Shown here in pieces: positions 54,963 through 64,000 of a stretch of 64,000 nt of DNA. Both the position numbers and the translations under genes were made by a program. This DNA is from Alphaproteobacteria bacterium. Lineage in GTDB: Bacteria > Pseudomonadota > Alphaproteobacteria > Rs-D84. Below the pieces are notes generated by a model. That model saw nothing but the letters and a program-made list of their open reading frames with translations, did not search any database and was not told the DNA's origin. The stretch spans positions 215,892 to 279,891 of the forward strand of contig JAWPOF010000007.1 in NCBI GenBank assembly GCA_033345275.1. Reading direction: 5' to 3'. The number at the start of each line of letters is the position of its first letter. The stretch's first letter is position 1.

Positions 54963-55003
54963 GATTAGAAATCTGATGCTCTATCCAGCTGAGCTAAGGG
55001 CGC
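54963..55003 (-). pseudogene. orphan 5' half of a second, different tRNA-Arg(UCU)-like gene
   Basis: Reverse complement: GCGCCCTTAGCTCAGCTGGATAGAGCATCAGATTTCTAATC. The acceptor strand, D arm and anticodon stem-loop (TTTCTAA) are intact, then similarity to a tRNA ends with no T arm. Confidence 0.6.
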
Positions 55004-55242
55004 AACGAAACATATTCTATACTATTTTTTACAAAATTCAAGCACGAACCTCTCCGACAAACAAAACAAGATTATTTACCCCAAATCCAATTAATATAAC
55101 TATCAACCGCGACACGACATCGCGCCCCCAATTGTACCTTTAAGCGATTCAACACGTCCACATTTTTTTCAATACAGCTCATCAAACAAATTTTTCCACA
55201 ACCAGCTAAAAACAATAAAAACGACACACCAACGCATCCCAT

Positions 55243-55263
55243 AAAAAACGCCCCTTTCGGGGC
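55243..55263 (-). terminator. terminator of the zinc-ribbon membrane protein gene
   Basis: On the minus strand, GCCCCGAAAGGGGC is followed by GTTTTTT, 6 nt after the stop. Confidence 0.7.
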
Positions 55264-55268
55264 ATTTT

Positions 55269-55640
55269 TTATAAACCAGCAGCCATACAATCAGCCATTT
55301 CTATTTCTTTCCACTGATTATAACCAGCCTCGTCCTGCGCCTGCAAATAAGCCTGGGCCACAATACCAGCCTGCACACACGTTTGTATTACATCGCCCTC
55401 TGCTGCTATAAGTTCATACTCTTGTTCAGCATCAATTATCTCCTGTGTTTTCGCAGGTCCCGCAATCATCATGCTACCAAAATTAGTCCACAAGAACCAG
55501 CCCGCCGCAAGCAACAAAACCAACAAAACCAATCTTTTCAGCCATCTACCTCCACGAGAAACCTTACCCCCACAATTTGGACAACGTCTGGCCGACGCGC
55601 TGATTTCCTTACCACATTCCCTACATTTAATCAAAGACAT
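55269..55640 (-). CDS. zinc-ribbon membrane protein, function unknown
   Basis: It has the 'CRECGKEISASARRCPNCG' ribbon and the TM 'LVLLVLLLAAGWFLW'. Confidence 0.55.
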   Translation of the reverse strand: MSLIKCRECGKEISASARRCPNCGGKVSRGGRWLKRLVLLVLLLAAGWFLWTNFGSMMIAGPAKTQEIIDAEQEYELIAAEGDVIQTCVQAGIVAQAYLQAQDEAGYNQWKEIEMADCMAAGL

Positions 55641-55835
55641 TTATATTTCTCCTTTTTTTATTGCAATTAAGACCGCAGCCAATGACCAACCAGGACGCCA
55701 AGATTTTTTGCACCCCAATTCCACAAAATAAAGCCCCCCTTGTTATTCCATCAGCTGACGCCAACTTGTCTATAAGTTTACGAAAAATTCACACATAATT
55801 CAAGAACAAATATACCACATTCAGCAAATCAGTCA

Positions 55836-55862
55836 TATAAAAAGACCCGACACAGTCGGGTC
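55836..55862 (-). terminator. terminator of the 53-aa ORF
   Basis: On the minus strand, GACCCGACTGTGTCGGGTC is followed by TTTTTAT, 7 nt after the stop. Confidence 0.6.
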
Positions 55863-55868
55863 CGAATC

Positions 55869-56030
55869 TTATATTTCGTTGCCACCATTTTCCCCCAAGA
55901 ATACATCACGCAAACGAAACTCTTTCATAATATCAACTTTGATGCCAGCGTTCTTAAAACCGCGCACTTTACCCCCAGTCTGTTCCAAGGATTGCGTCGC
56001 AACATTAAATTTTTCTACCATATCAGTCAT
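55869..56030 (-). CDS. 53-aa hypothetical protein (unannotated, below ORF-track cutoff)
   Basis: My translation is MTDMVEKFNVATQSLEQTGGKVRGFKNAGIKVDIMKEFRLRDVFLGENGGNEI*. RBS AAGAGG lies ~7 nt upstream and the ORF has its own terminator. Confidence 0.4.
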   Translation of the reverse strand: MTDMVEKFNVATQSLEQTGGKVRGFKNAGIKVDIMKEFRLRDVFLGENGGNEI

Positions 56031-56119
56031 TTCAAATGCCTCTTATCAAAACATCTCTCTGACCTGACGACTATACACCACAAAAAACTTTTTGTCAAGT
56101 CCAAGATGTTACACTATCG

Positions 56120-57979
56120 TTATTTACACACATCCTCGCCACAATCCTCTATCACAGATTCAGCAACCTCTATCTCCACAGGGGCTATTTTGGGCTTCTC
56201 TGTATAAGGAATTTCTTTAACAACACGTACACGACGATTTTCTGCGTTCCGCGTATTATCCGGAGTTGGCACCGCCAAATCCTCTTCCCCAGCAGATACT
56301 GCAACAATCTGACTGGCCGGCACACCATATTCAATCAGCATTTTCTGCACGGCCTCGGCACGACGCCCCCCCAACGCATAGTTATAATTGCTTGTTCCTG
56401 ACGTATCAGTATGCCCAACCACAGAAATTTTAATATTTTTATTTTCTTGGGTCGCCTCGACCAACTGCTTAATCAACTCTTTGTATTCAGGCTTAATTAC
56501 CGATTTATTAAAGTCAAAACGAACTTCGAAAACCTCTTCCATTACGTGTTGAGTCGGTTCCAGCGGAATCTGCTGAACTTTAATCATCGTTTTTTCACCC
56601 TGATCTGCATGCATTTTATCCAAACGTGCATTAATTACCTCCAGCGCCTCGCGCATTTCCATCATTATATTGATAAATTCTTCTCGCGTTACCAGCTCAT
56701 CACCAATCAACGGAATCGCCTCTGCGCATTGCAACTCATCGGAACAATCGGGAGATTTTTGACATTCCTGACACCGCTTACACTCAGAACAATTTGGACA
56801 AGCATCGCACATTGAACATTTCGCTGTCGCTTCGCGTTCCTTTTTTATTTCTTCACGCATATCAGCCATCAAACCCATCAGCTCGTTACGCGTAACCAGC
56901 TCTTCCGCAACAACAGAAACCTCTGCGGCACATCCCAAAGCATCAGGACAATCCGGGCATTTTTGGCATTCCTGACAACGTTGACATTCCAAGCACGTCG
57001 AACAAATCTCGCACATCGGACACGACGCCACAGGATGATCTTTTTCCGTTATCACAACCGCAACCGATGGCGCATTTTGTTGTGCTTGACACGACACATC
57101 TCCAACAGGACACTCTCCAACGGTCAAACTATTTCCACTGTTATTGACGCTGTTATCATTCGAACTTTTTGTAATTGTCTTATCCCCACCATAAATATTC
57201 TGGTTAAAGACCATCGGCTGTGCTGGCTGTACTGGCGCAGGATTGACCAAACTTTCAGGCACATTGACATTATTAACGATAATCAACCCCTCACGAGCTT
57301 GTCCCCCAGTACGCACAGACTTCATTTCTCGCGTTTCCGGGTAATAACTGCCTGACACTCGTTGTGTAGTCGTTTCAACAATTTCATTACGTTCGGTTGT
57401 ACTTTGTGTAACCGCAGTTCCGTTACCATCCCGCAACGCCAACAATGTCCTGTTAAATCTGTCCTTGCACTGGCTCGCAGTCGCAAGCTGTCCGCTGGCT
57501 GTTGCTGTCAACCAACAGTCAAATTTCGCCTGCGCCTCGGCCGCCAACTCGGGCCTTGTTTGCGCTGCATCGTTCTTCAACAAATCCATCAAATCATTAT
57601 ACGCCGCATATAATTCAAAAGCTTCTTGTTCATCCTCTACACCCCAATCTTTTACAGACTCTGGGTATGGTGTCTCGCCAGCATATGCCGCCATCGTTTT
57701 ATCGGCAAACAATTCGCCCATACCGGCATAACCACTGGTTCTTGCGTTATAAACCGCATACGAGCGATAATTCATAGCCAACTGATTCAAAAAAGGATCC
57801 TGATGAGGAGCAGAATATACATCCAACGCCTCAACATAATCAACTGTGGGCGTTGCCACCATCCCCGTATATTGCGCCAACTTGCTATTGCCCCCACCGC
57901 ACGCAGCCAATACAAAAACACCAACAACTGCCAGTGTCCGAGACACCCCTCTATTCACGACAAGCGATTTATATTCCAT
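56120..57979 (-). CDS. OmpA-domain lipoprotein with two internal Cys-ladder repeats
   Basis: It has lipobox 'VFVLAACGG' and the C-terminal OmpA_C motif 'VVGHTDTSGTSNYNYALGGRRAEAV...NRRVRVV'. Two ~60-aa repeats carry Cys at every third residue (aa 320-378 and 388-446). Confidence 0.8.
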   Translation of the reverse strand: MEYKSLVVNRGVSRTLAVVGVFVLAACGGGNSKLAQYTGMVATPTVDYVEALDVYSAPHQDPFLNQLAMNYRSYAVYNARTSGYAGMGELFADKTMAAYAGETPYPESVKDWGVEDEQEAFELYAAYNDLMDLLKNDAAQTRPELAAEAQAKFDCWLTATASGQLATASQCKDRFNRTLLALRDGNGTAVTQSTTERNEIVETTTQRVSGSYYPETREMKSVRTGGQAREGLIIVNNVNVPESLVNPAPVQPAQPMVFNQNIYGGDKTITKSSNDNSVNNSGNSLTVGECPVGDVSCQAQQNAPSVAVVITEKDHPVASCPMCEICSTCLECQRCQECQKCPDCPDALGCAAEVSVVAEELVTRNELMGLMADMREEIKKEREATAKCSMCDACPNCSECKRCQECQKSPDCSDELQCAEAIPLIGDELVTREEFINIMMEMREALEVINARLDKMHADQGEKTMIKVQQIPLEPTQHVMEEVFEVRFDFNKSVIKPEYKELIKQLVEATQENKNIKISVVGHTDTSGTSNYNYALGGRRAEAVQKMLIEYGVPASQIVAVSAGEEDLAVPTPDNTRNAENRRVRVVKEIPYTEKPKIAPVEIEVAESVIEDCGEDVCK

Positions 57980-58080
57980 GCTAATTCTCTTCTTTCCTTT
58001 CCTTTATTATACGATTTTTTTGCCTTTTAGTAAAGCAGAAAAAACACAAAAAAAAAGAACCACCAACTTCTGGTGGCATA

Positions 58081-58551
58081 TCACTTCCCCTTCAAAATTC
58101 TTGCCTTGTTTTTTTCCCATTCACGATGCTTGATAGTTTCACGTTTATCAACTTTGTTTTTACCATACCCCACACCCAACAACACCTTTAGTCGTCCCCG
58201 ATTACTAAAATACATTTTCAGTGGCACAATTGTCGCCCCCTTTTCCTGCAATTTTCCAATCAGACGATTTATCTGATTACGATGCAACAACAGTTGCCGA
58301 CTGCGCCGTTCATCAAAGTTCACAATTCTTGCCGCCGTTGGCAATTTTTGAATTTCCACCCCAGCCAGCCACAAATTATCACCACGACGCTGTACAAAAC
58401 CATCAACAATAGTCACCAAACCATATCGGATTGATTTTACTTCTGCACCTGTCAAAGAAATCCCGGCCTCGATAGTATCCTCTATAGAATAATTAAATCG
58501 CGCCTTGCGATTTTCCGAAACCTGACCAGATTTAATAAGCTGTCTTGCCAT
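58081..58551 (-). CDS. smpB: SsrA-binding protein SmpB
   Basis: 'ENRKARFNYSIEDTIEAGISLTGAEVKSIR...LLLHRNQINRL...GATIVPLKMYF'. Confidence 0.93.
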   Translation of the reverse strand: MARQLIKSGQVSENRKARFNYSIEDTIEAGISLTGAEVKSIRYGLVTIVDGFVQRRGDNLWLAGVEIQKLPTAARIVNFDERRSRQLLLHRNQINRLIGKLQEKGATIVPLKMYFSNRGRLKVLLGVGYGKNKVDKRETIKHREWEKNKARILKGK

Positions 58552-58693
58552 AACAGCACAATTCTATACCAACCCCACAAAAAAAGCAAATGCTTAGATC
58601 AATAAAAGTTTTTACGCCATTTTCTTAACCGATTGTGCAACCACGCTCCATATCCCTATTATTTTGTATAACAAACAGGCATCTCGACAAAAA

Positions 58694-59413
58694 TTAAACA
58701 CAAAAATCCCCTGGCCGCGCACGACTCCACCCTATATCATTTCTAACAACCCCAGCGGGTACCCCAGCAATCACAACATTACTATCTTTAAACTGACGTG
58801 TTACTATACTTTGCGTACCAACGATCGTATTATCTGGAATAATCGCCCCTTTTAAAATTCGCACCTCTGCCCCAACCCAAACATGATTACCAATTTTCAC
58901 ATCCTTATTCGGATTTAACAGTTCCTTTGTATCCAAACTATATATAGAATGAAAATCGCCTGTCCGCACCTGTATCCCCCACGAGAACATACAATCATCA
59001 CCAATAATTATATCACCTTTACCCTGGCAAAAATCAAAGTGCACAAAATTTGTGGACGTAAATCCCTTTCCAATAATTAATTTATTAACATTATTGTGCC
59101 CCTCCTCTTTAACCACAGATATTTTTCGACTCCAACCGTCTGAACCAAATATTTCTATAAACACGCCCGAGCTAACACGAACCTTTAGTTTCAAATTTTT
59201 TAACGGTTCATGCAAAACAATATGATTATCACCACCATTAAAACGAAATTCACATCCCCGAACTTTTTTCACCTGAACACGCAAACCATTTTCTTTTACA
59301 ATTTCAATAATATTATTTTTATACGTGACCTGCACGCCCAACCCGCGAATTTTATGCCGCAACCCAGCCCACGGCACAAAGCAACAAATAAAATTTAACA
59401 CAAACTTTTTCAT
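58694..59413 (-). CDS. hexapeptide-repeat (LbH) acyltransferase
   Basis: 'IGNHVWVGAEVRILKGAIIPDNTIVGTQSIV' shows left-handed beta-helix repeats. The start is probably MKKFVLNF. Confidence 0.65.
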   Translation of the reverse strand: MKKFVLNFICCFVPWAGLRHKIRGLGVQVTYKNNIIEIVKENGLRVQVKKVRGCEFRFNGGDNHIVLHEPLKNLKLKVRVSSGVFIEIFGSDGWSRKISVVKEEGHNNVNKLIIGKGFTSTNFVHFDFCQGKGDIIIGDDCMFSWGIQVRTGDFHSIYSLDTKELLNPNKDVKIGNHVWVGAEVRILKGAIIPDNTIVGTQSIVTRQFKDSNVVIAGVPAGVVRNDIGWSRARPGDFCV

Positions 59414-59731
59414 ACATCCCCCTATTAACAAAAATCCGCCCAAAACAATTCAAGGCGGTTGGGGGTTCGAAACTATAATATAGAATAGTGCGGTGCATTC
59501 GATACATTCCACCAACCCCCAAACCCATTTGGTTGGAGATTTTTCATTCAATAAGAATTGAACGCTACATTCAAGGGTTTCGACACCCCATTACAACAAC
59601 TTGCTGCAACACCACAATTATACAACATAAAAAATAACTATACAAATAATAAAAATAAAAAAAAGCACCCCATCTGCACTTTATCATCGCAGGACAGGAC
59701 CGTGGCCCCCATATTTATCTAATTTTATGCA

Positions 59732-60424
59732 TTAAAACCAACGATGCAACGTACCACCATTCTGTTTCAGCCAACGTTTGGCACGTTCCACCCCTGGCCC
59801 ATATAACTCACGAACCACAGCCCAAAATTCTGGCGAATGATTCATTTGTTTTTTATGCGCCAATTCATGCATAACAACATAACGCATAACTTCATATGGG
59901 GCGAACGCCAACCGCCACGAAAACGACATTGTGCCAGAACTGGAACAACTGCCCCAACGACTGGTTGTATCACGCAACGCTATACGCTGTGGCCACAAAT
60001 CGCGCGGGGTTGTCCGTATTATATTTTTTAATTCAACCAAAAATTCAGCCTTGATAACATCACGCACACGCCGCTCAAACATTTCTGGCACGCCACCAAC
60101 CAACATCTTATCGCCATCCAATTTATTAGAACGCATTGTCGGCACATGCACCAGTTCCACCACGTGTCCCAAAAACTCAATTTTGTCACCAGACTTTAAC
60201 ACAACCTTATCTGGACATTTTTGAAATATGCACTCAATCCACTTTTGTTTTGAAACCAGAAATTTAATCGCCGCATTTTCTGACACCAGCCAAGGCCTTG
60301 AAATATGAATTTCACGCCTGGGATTCAGTTTCGGTCGCAATGTAATATTTCGCAACCCACTACGCGTTGTAATTACAACCGGAATCTCTTCACCCGACGA
60401 CAAAGTAAAGACATATTCTGACAT
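59732..60424 (-). CDS. YgjP-like (DUF45/M48-type) metal-dependent hydrolase
   Basis: 'YVVMHELAHKKQMNHSPEFWAVV' is an HExxH...H motif. Confidence 0.75.
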   Translation of the reverse strand: MSEYVFTLSSGEEIPVVITTRSGLRNITLRPKLNPRREIHISRPWLVSENAAIKFLVSKQKWIECIFQKCPDKVVLKSGDKIEFLGHVVELVHVPTMRSNKLDGDKMLVGGVPEMFERRVRDVIKAEFLVELKNIIRTTPRDLWPQRIALRDTTSRWGSCSSSGTMSFSWRLAFAPYEVMRYVVMHELAHKKQMNHSPEFWAVVRELYGPGVERAKRWLKQNGGTLHRWF

Positions 60425-60425
60425 A

Positions 60426-62207
60426 TTATTTTATTTTACTTTGAATATCACGCACGATGGCATCAACGTTAAATCCCATCTGTGAATACACCGCATCACC
60501 CGGCCCAGACATACCGAACCCATCAACACCAACAACCGCATCTGCAAATTCAAACCACGGGGCGGACGCTGCCGCTTCTATGGCAATAACAAAACCGCAC
60601 AAAATCTGTTGTTTATATTCTGGGGATTGGGCGCGAAAATCTGCAACCGACGGCATTGATACCACCTGAACACCATTACCCAATTTTTCCGCCACCGCAA
60701 TTGCCAATGGCACTTCACTGCCTGTGGCAATAATTGTCGCACGCACACGCGCCGAATTTGCCGGTCGAATAACATACGCACCGCGCGCCAAATCCGCCCC
60801 CAGTGGCGCAGAATACTGTTTAAATTTCTGACGCGACAAAACGATACACGACGGCCGCGCTTTTTCAGTCAACGCGCGTCGCCAGGCATAAACCACTTCG
60901 GCCCCATTACACGGACGAAACACATTCATATTCGGAATCATACGCAAAGATGGCAACTGTTCAATCGGCTGATGTGTTGGTCCATCTTCACCAACCGCAA
61001 CGCTGTCATGCGTCAAAACATAAACCACCGGCACACCCATCAGCGCTGACAAACGCATCGCCGGCCGCATATAATCACTGAACACCAAGAACGTTGAACC
61101 AAACACGCGCGACCCTGACAACCCCATACCATTTAATATCGCCGCCATCGCCCCTTCGCGCACACCAAAGTTTATATAATTCCCAGAAAAATCGTTGGCT
61201 GCAACATCATGCATTTCATCCACATGCACACCGGTACTGCCCCCCAGGTCTGCACTGCCCCCAATAACATTACCCCCCGCTCGTAACAAAGCATCTAAAT
61301 ACAGTCCTGACAATTCACGTGTAGATATTTTATCCGCCACCACAGGCAAAGCCACATGTGGCAATTCATACTTTGTTTCCCCTGACACAACCGGCATCTG
61401 CTCCATAGCAACATTTCGCCACAATTCGTCCCCACATACAGATATAAACTTTTGCACCAACTGCATCAATTCAGCATCACCAACACCAAACCCATGCGCC
61501 TTGCTGGTCCCTGCCACAGAAGTCCCTTGTCCTATTTCAGTTTTACACTGAACAAATACCGGCACGTCAGATTTTTTTGCATTTTCCAACGCACGATTTA
61601 TCCGAACATAATCATGCCCATCAACACTAAAAACCTTCCATCCAGCGGCCACCATACGCGCAGGCACATCCACATCAGTCAGTGCCCTGCCATCAATACT
61701 GATTCCATTATCATCCCACATCAGCACCAAATTATTCAATTTATAGCGCCCAGCCAACGCAATCGCCTCTTGGGCGACACCTTCCATCAAATCACCGTCA
61801 GAGCACAAACAATACACACGCGCATCGGTCTTGTTTATTTTCTCGGCCAATGCCATACCAACCGCATTTCCAACCCCCTGCCCCAAAGGCCCTGTTGTAG
61901 CCTCGACCCCATCAATTCCATATTCTGGATGTCCTGGCAGTCCGCCAATTTTTCTGAACGTCTCCATATCACCGACATTATATCCCGCCAGCTTTAACAC
62001 GGAATACAGCAATGCGCTGCCGTGTCCTGCTGACATTACAAAGCGGTCACGCCCACGTCGTAAAAAATTCGCATAAACCACCGTAATAATATCCGCCGCC
62101 CCCAGCACGACACCTATATGCCCACTGCCAGCATTTCGAATCGCATGCAAAGCCCACGCACGCACCGAATTCGCCATTTCTTTTAAATCTTTGGAATTAT
62201 AGTTCAT
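60426..62207 (-). CDS. tkt: transketolase (compact, 593 aa)
   Basis: 'SGHIGVVLGAADI', 'RDRFVMSAGHGS', 'TTGPLGQGVGNAVGMA', 'GDGDLMEG' and 'THDSVAVGEDGPTHQPIEQ'. Confidence 0.9.
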   Translation of the reverse strand: MNYNSKDLKEMANSVRAWALHAIRNAGSGHIGVVLGAADIITVVYANFLRRGRDRFVMSAGHGSALLYSVLKLAGYNVGDMETFRKIGGLPGHPEYGIDGVEATTGPLGQGVGNAVGMALAEKINKTDARVYCLCSDGDLMEGVAQEAIALAGRYKLNNLVLMWDDNGISIDGRALTDVDVPARMVAAGWKVFSVDGHDYVRINRALENAKKSDVPVFVQCKTEIGQGTSVAGTSKAHGFGVGDAELMQLVQKFISVCGDELWRNVAMEQMPVVSGETKYELPHVALPVVADKISTRELSGLYLDALLRAGGNVIGGSADLGGSTGVHVDEMHDVAANDFSGNYINFGVREGAMAAILNGMGLSGSRVFGSTFLVFSDYMRPAMRLSALMGVPVVYVLTHDSVAVGEDGPTHQPIEQLPSLRMIPNMNVFRPCNGAEVVYAWRRALTEKARPSCIVLSRQKFKQYSAPLGADLARGAYVIRPANSARVRATIIATGSEVPLAIAVAEKLGNGVQVVSMPSVADFRAQSPEYKQQILCGFVIAIEAAASAPWFEFADAVVGVDGFGMSGPGDAVYSQMGFNVDAIVRDIQSKIK

Positions 62208-62243
62208 GTATGATATTATATCATAAAAAGGACGGATATAAAA

Positions 62244-62672
62244 ATGCTAAAAATTTGGACAGACGGATCTTGCCTGGGCAACCCAGGCCCAGGTGGCTGG
62301 GGTTTTATTGCAACCGACGGTAAAAACATCGCAGAACGTAGTGGTGGCGAACAAAACACAACGAACAATCGTATGGAATTAATGGCGGTAATTTGCGCAT
62401 TAACAGCGGCCCGCAAACACGACGAATTGGAAATCCACACAGACAGCCAATATGTCAAAAACGGCATGCAATCCTGGATGAAAAACTGGAAAAAAAACAA
62501 TTGGCGAACAGCAAACAAACAACCTGTAAAGAATCAGGATTTGTGGCAACAACTAGACGCACTGGCTTCCACGAAAAAAATTCACTGGTTTTGGATTCGC
62601 GGACACAACGGCGATGAAATGAACGAACGCGTTGATACGCTTGCCCGCACCGCCGCGGAATCGCTGAAATAG
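62244..62672 (+). CDS. rnhA: ribonuclease HI
   Basis: 'IWTDGSCLGNPGPGGWG', 'TNNRMEL', 'IHTDSQYV' and 'WIRGHNGDEMNERVDTLA'. Confidence 0.93.
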   Translation: MLKIWTDGSCLGNPGPGGWGFIATDGKNIAERSGGEQNTTNNRMELMAVICALTAARKHDELEIHTDSQYVKNGMQSWMKNWKKNNWRTANKQPVKNQDLWQQLDALASTKKIHWFWIRGHNGDEMNERVDTLARTAAESLK

Positions 62673-62794
62673 CCCCCAAGCATTATCTGTAAATCAAGCC
62701 TATTGTCTGATAATGGCGCACACTTTCACGCATCCAACATATACAATTCACCCAGCCCTTTAAAAGCACTTTTGCCCAAGCTTTTGCGCCTATT

Positions 62795-64000
62795 TTATTC
62801 GTTTGTCGTCCATGGCACATCATTCATAATTAAATAATATAATTCTGGGTTTTCTGAACCAGGGTTGCGCAAAACCGGTCGCACGACAAATATATCGACA
62901 TTACATGGAGACGCGGTATTATTTTGATATTCTGATAAATCCTGGTGAAATTTTGCAGCAAAATCCATCGCCTGCAAGTATGCAGCATCATCGTCAGCAG
63001 CGCTGACAGAATCGCCCACCCACATCAACCACATACCATGATTGACAACGTTTTCTTGGCCTTGCAAATCATCCGCTGATAATAACAACAGGGGGGCAAA
63101 ATCAACACCACTGGTAAATTCGCCGGTGCTGGTTTCGGTCCAGTCGTACATGTCGCCCGCAAATTTAATCGCACCATATAACAATCCACCGGTTGCCTGC
63201 ATTTTACCCAGGGCACCGATATTTTTCATGGTAAAATTAAACAACCGATCGCGTACGCGTGCGGATATTTTACCAGTGCGCCCAAGTTTTGCCGCCTTGT
63301 TAATTTTTGCGCCACCCGTCCATGCGGCTTTGGTTGCACGCGCAAGACGTGCAACAATATTTCCGCGCTGTGCGTTGCGCACGGCACGCAGACCGCGGCG
63401 GACGGCGTTTGCTTCGGAAAAAGCGCGTGATGTGTCGCGATATTTTTTGACATCGTCAATTTTTTCCATGTCTTTAATGGAATTTTGTAATTTTTTCAGT
63501 TCGTCGGTTTTGTCTGCAATTTTTGTTGCGTCTGCAACCTTGTCCAATGTTTTGATTTCGTCTGTTAATTTTTCTGCCTGGCGAACGGCGCGAACGTATT
63601 TTACAACATCGTCTGATTTGCTTAGTGTGCGTAGGGTTGTGGACATTCCCTTTAATGCACGTGATGCGCGTGCCGCCTTGGTCGTTCCCATAACCATCGT
63701 GCCCGCCCCAAATGTTGCAACAGTAATAACAACGTCCAATGCCATTTCGGCATATGATAACCATTGTAAATTCACATCACCCGCAACATAATAGTCGTTT
63801 GTGTCGTCCTTGATATTAACGGTGTGTTCTGACATAACTTTGTTTATGACGGTAATATCGCGAGATTTTGCGCTGCGGTCTGTACATTTACCGCCCCGCC
63901 CCGATGGGAATAATTTATTTATATTATTTTTTATATAGTTCAATGAAATTGTATTATTTTTGTCAGGGCCTACAAATTCATCCAATGCGCCGTGTTCGGT
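62795..64000 (-). CDS. hypothetical protein, 5' end outside the window
   Basis: The track start at 63985 is a TTG, and the frame stays open to nt 64000 (…TEHGA-LDEFVGP…). It has a hydrophobic segment 'LDVVITVATFGAGTMVMG' and a Lys/Ala-rich helical middle. No family recognised. Confidence 0.5.
   Translation of the reverse strand, partial: TEHGALDEFVGPDKNNTISLNYIKNNINKLFPSGRGGKCTDRSAKSRDITVINKVMSEHTVNIKDDTNDYYVAGDVNLQWLSYAEMALDVVITVATFGAGTMVMGTTKAARASRALKGMSTTLRTLSKSDDVVKYVRAVRQAEKLTDEIKTLDKVADATKIADKTDELKKLQNSIKDMEKIDDVKKYRDTSRAFSEANAVRRGLRAVRNAQRGNIVARLARATKAAWTGGAKINKAAKLGRTGKISARVRDRLFNFTMKNIGALGKMQATGGLLYGAIKFAGDMYDWTETSTGEFTSGVDFAPLLLLSADDLQGQENVVNHGMWLMWVGDSVSAADDDAAYLQAMDFAAKFHQDLSEYQNNTASPCNVDIFVVRPVLRNPGSENPELYYLIMNDVPWTTNE

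Noticed and set aside
55072-55290. 72-aa minus-strand ORF with a lipobox-like LFLAGCG
   Set aside because: Its 5' part spans the GCCCCGAAAGGGGC terminator of the upstream gene and overlaps that gene's stop. There is no RBS.
59455-59535. Inverted repeat TTGGGGGTT…AACCCCCAA with a TTCGAA-containing loop, which looked tRNA-like or sRNA-like
   Set aside because: I cannot fold it into a cloverleaf: there is no acceptor, D arm or anticodon arm. It has a 9-bp stem with a ~45-nt loop and no U-tract. It may be a transcript 3' structure for the ygjP-like gene, but I have no support for a specific RNA family.

Overview
This 64-kb chromosomal window looks like a moderately AT-rich, probably host-associated alphaproteobacterium. 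That assignment is an inference from gene content and order only: ybgC-tolQ-tolR, ruvB, dnaK, rpsP-rimM-trmD-rplS, DUF2155, S16 with an Ala/Lys tail, smpB, tkt. Housekeeping blocks at about 1-10.2 kb, 13.4-31.9 kb and 55-64 kb are interrupted by three accessory stretches. (i) A ~2.2-kb islet sits against tRNA-Gly(CCC), with an imperfect copy of the tRNA 3' end, a small serine recombinase and one orphan ORF. (ii) The 32-40.3 kb stretch holds a 1859-aa secreted, Cys-rich protein with TM segments and a C-terminal HExxH motif. It is followed by recombinase debris: one intact and one truncated serine recombinase, the last codons of a lost tyrosine integrase, and a GNAT toxin-like pair. (iii) A ~14.4-kb island is bounded by a 44-bp direct repeat of the 3' half of tRNA-Arg(UCU) (40344-40387 and 54682-54725), with a tyrosine integrase next to the intact tRNA and a phage-like regulatory/packaging module. 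The most interesting content is the cargo of island (iii). It is an AT-rich cassette made of an extra, TGS-less threonyl-tRNA synthetase preceded by a Thr-codon-rich mini-ORF, an unannotated 33-codon Cys-rich peptide gene with its own promoter-like and terminator-like signals, a radical SAM/SPASM enzyme and an M42 peptidase, lying next to a MacA/MacB-type exporter. I read this as a candidate undescribed RiPP-type system with a possible ThrRS link. No rRNA genes or CRISPR arrays were seen. All calls come from reading the sequence and ORF translations; no database search was run.
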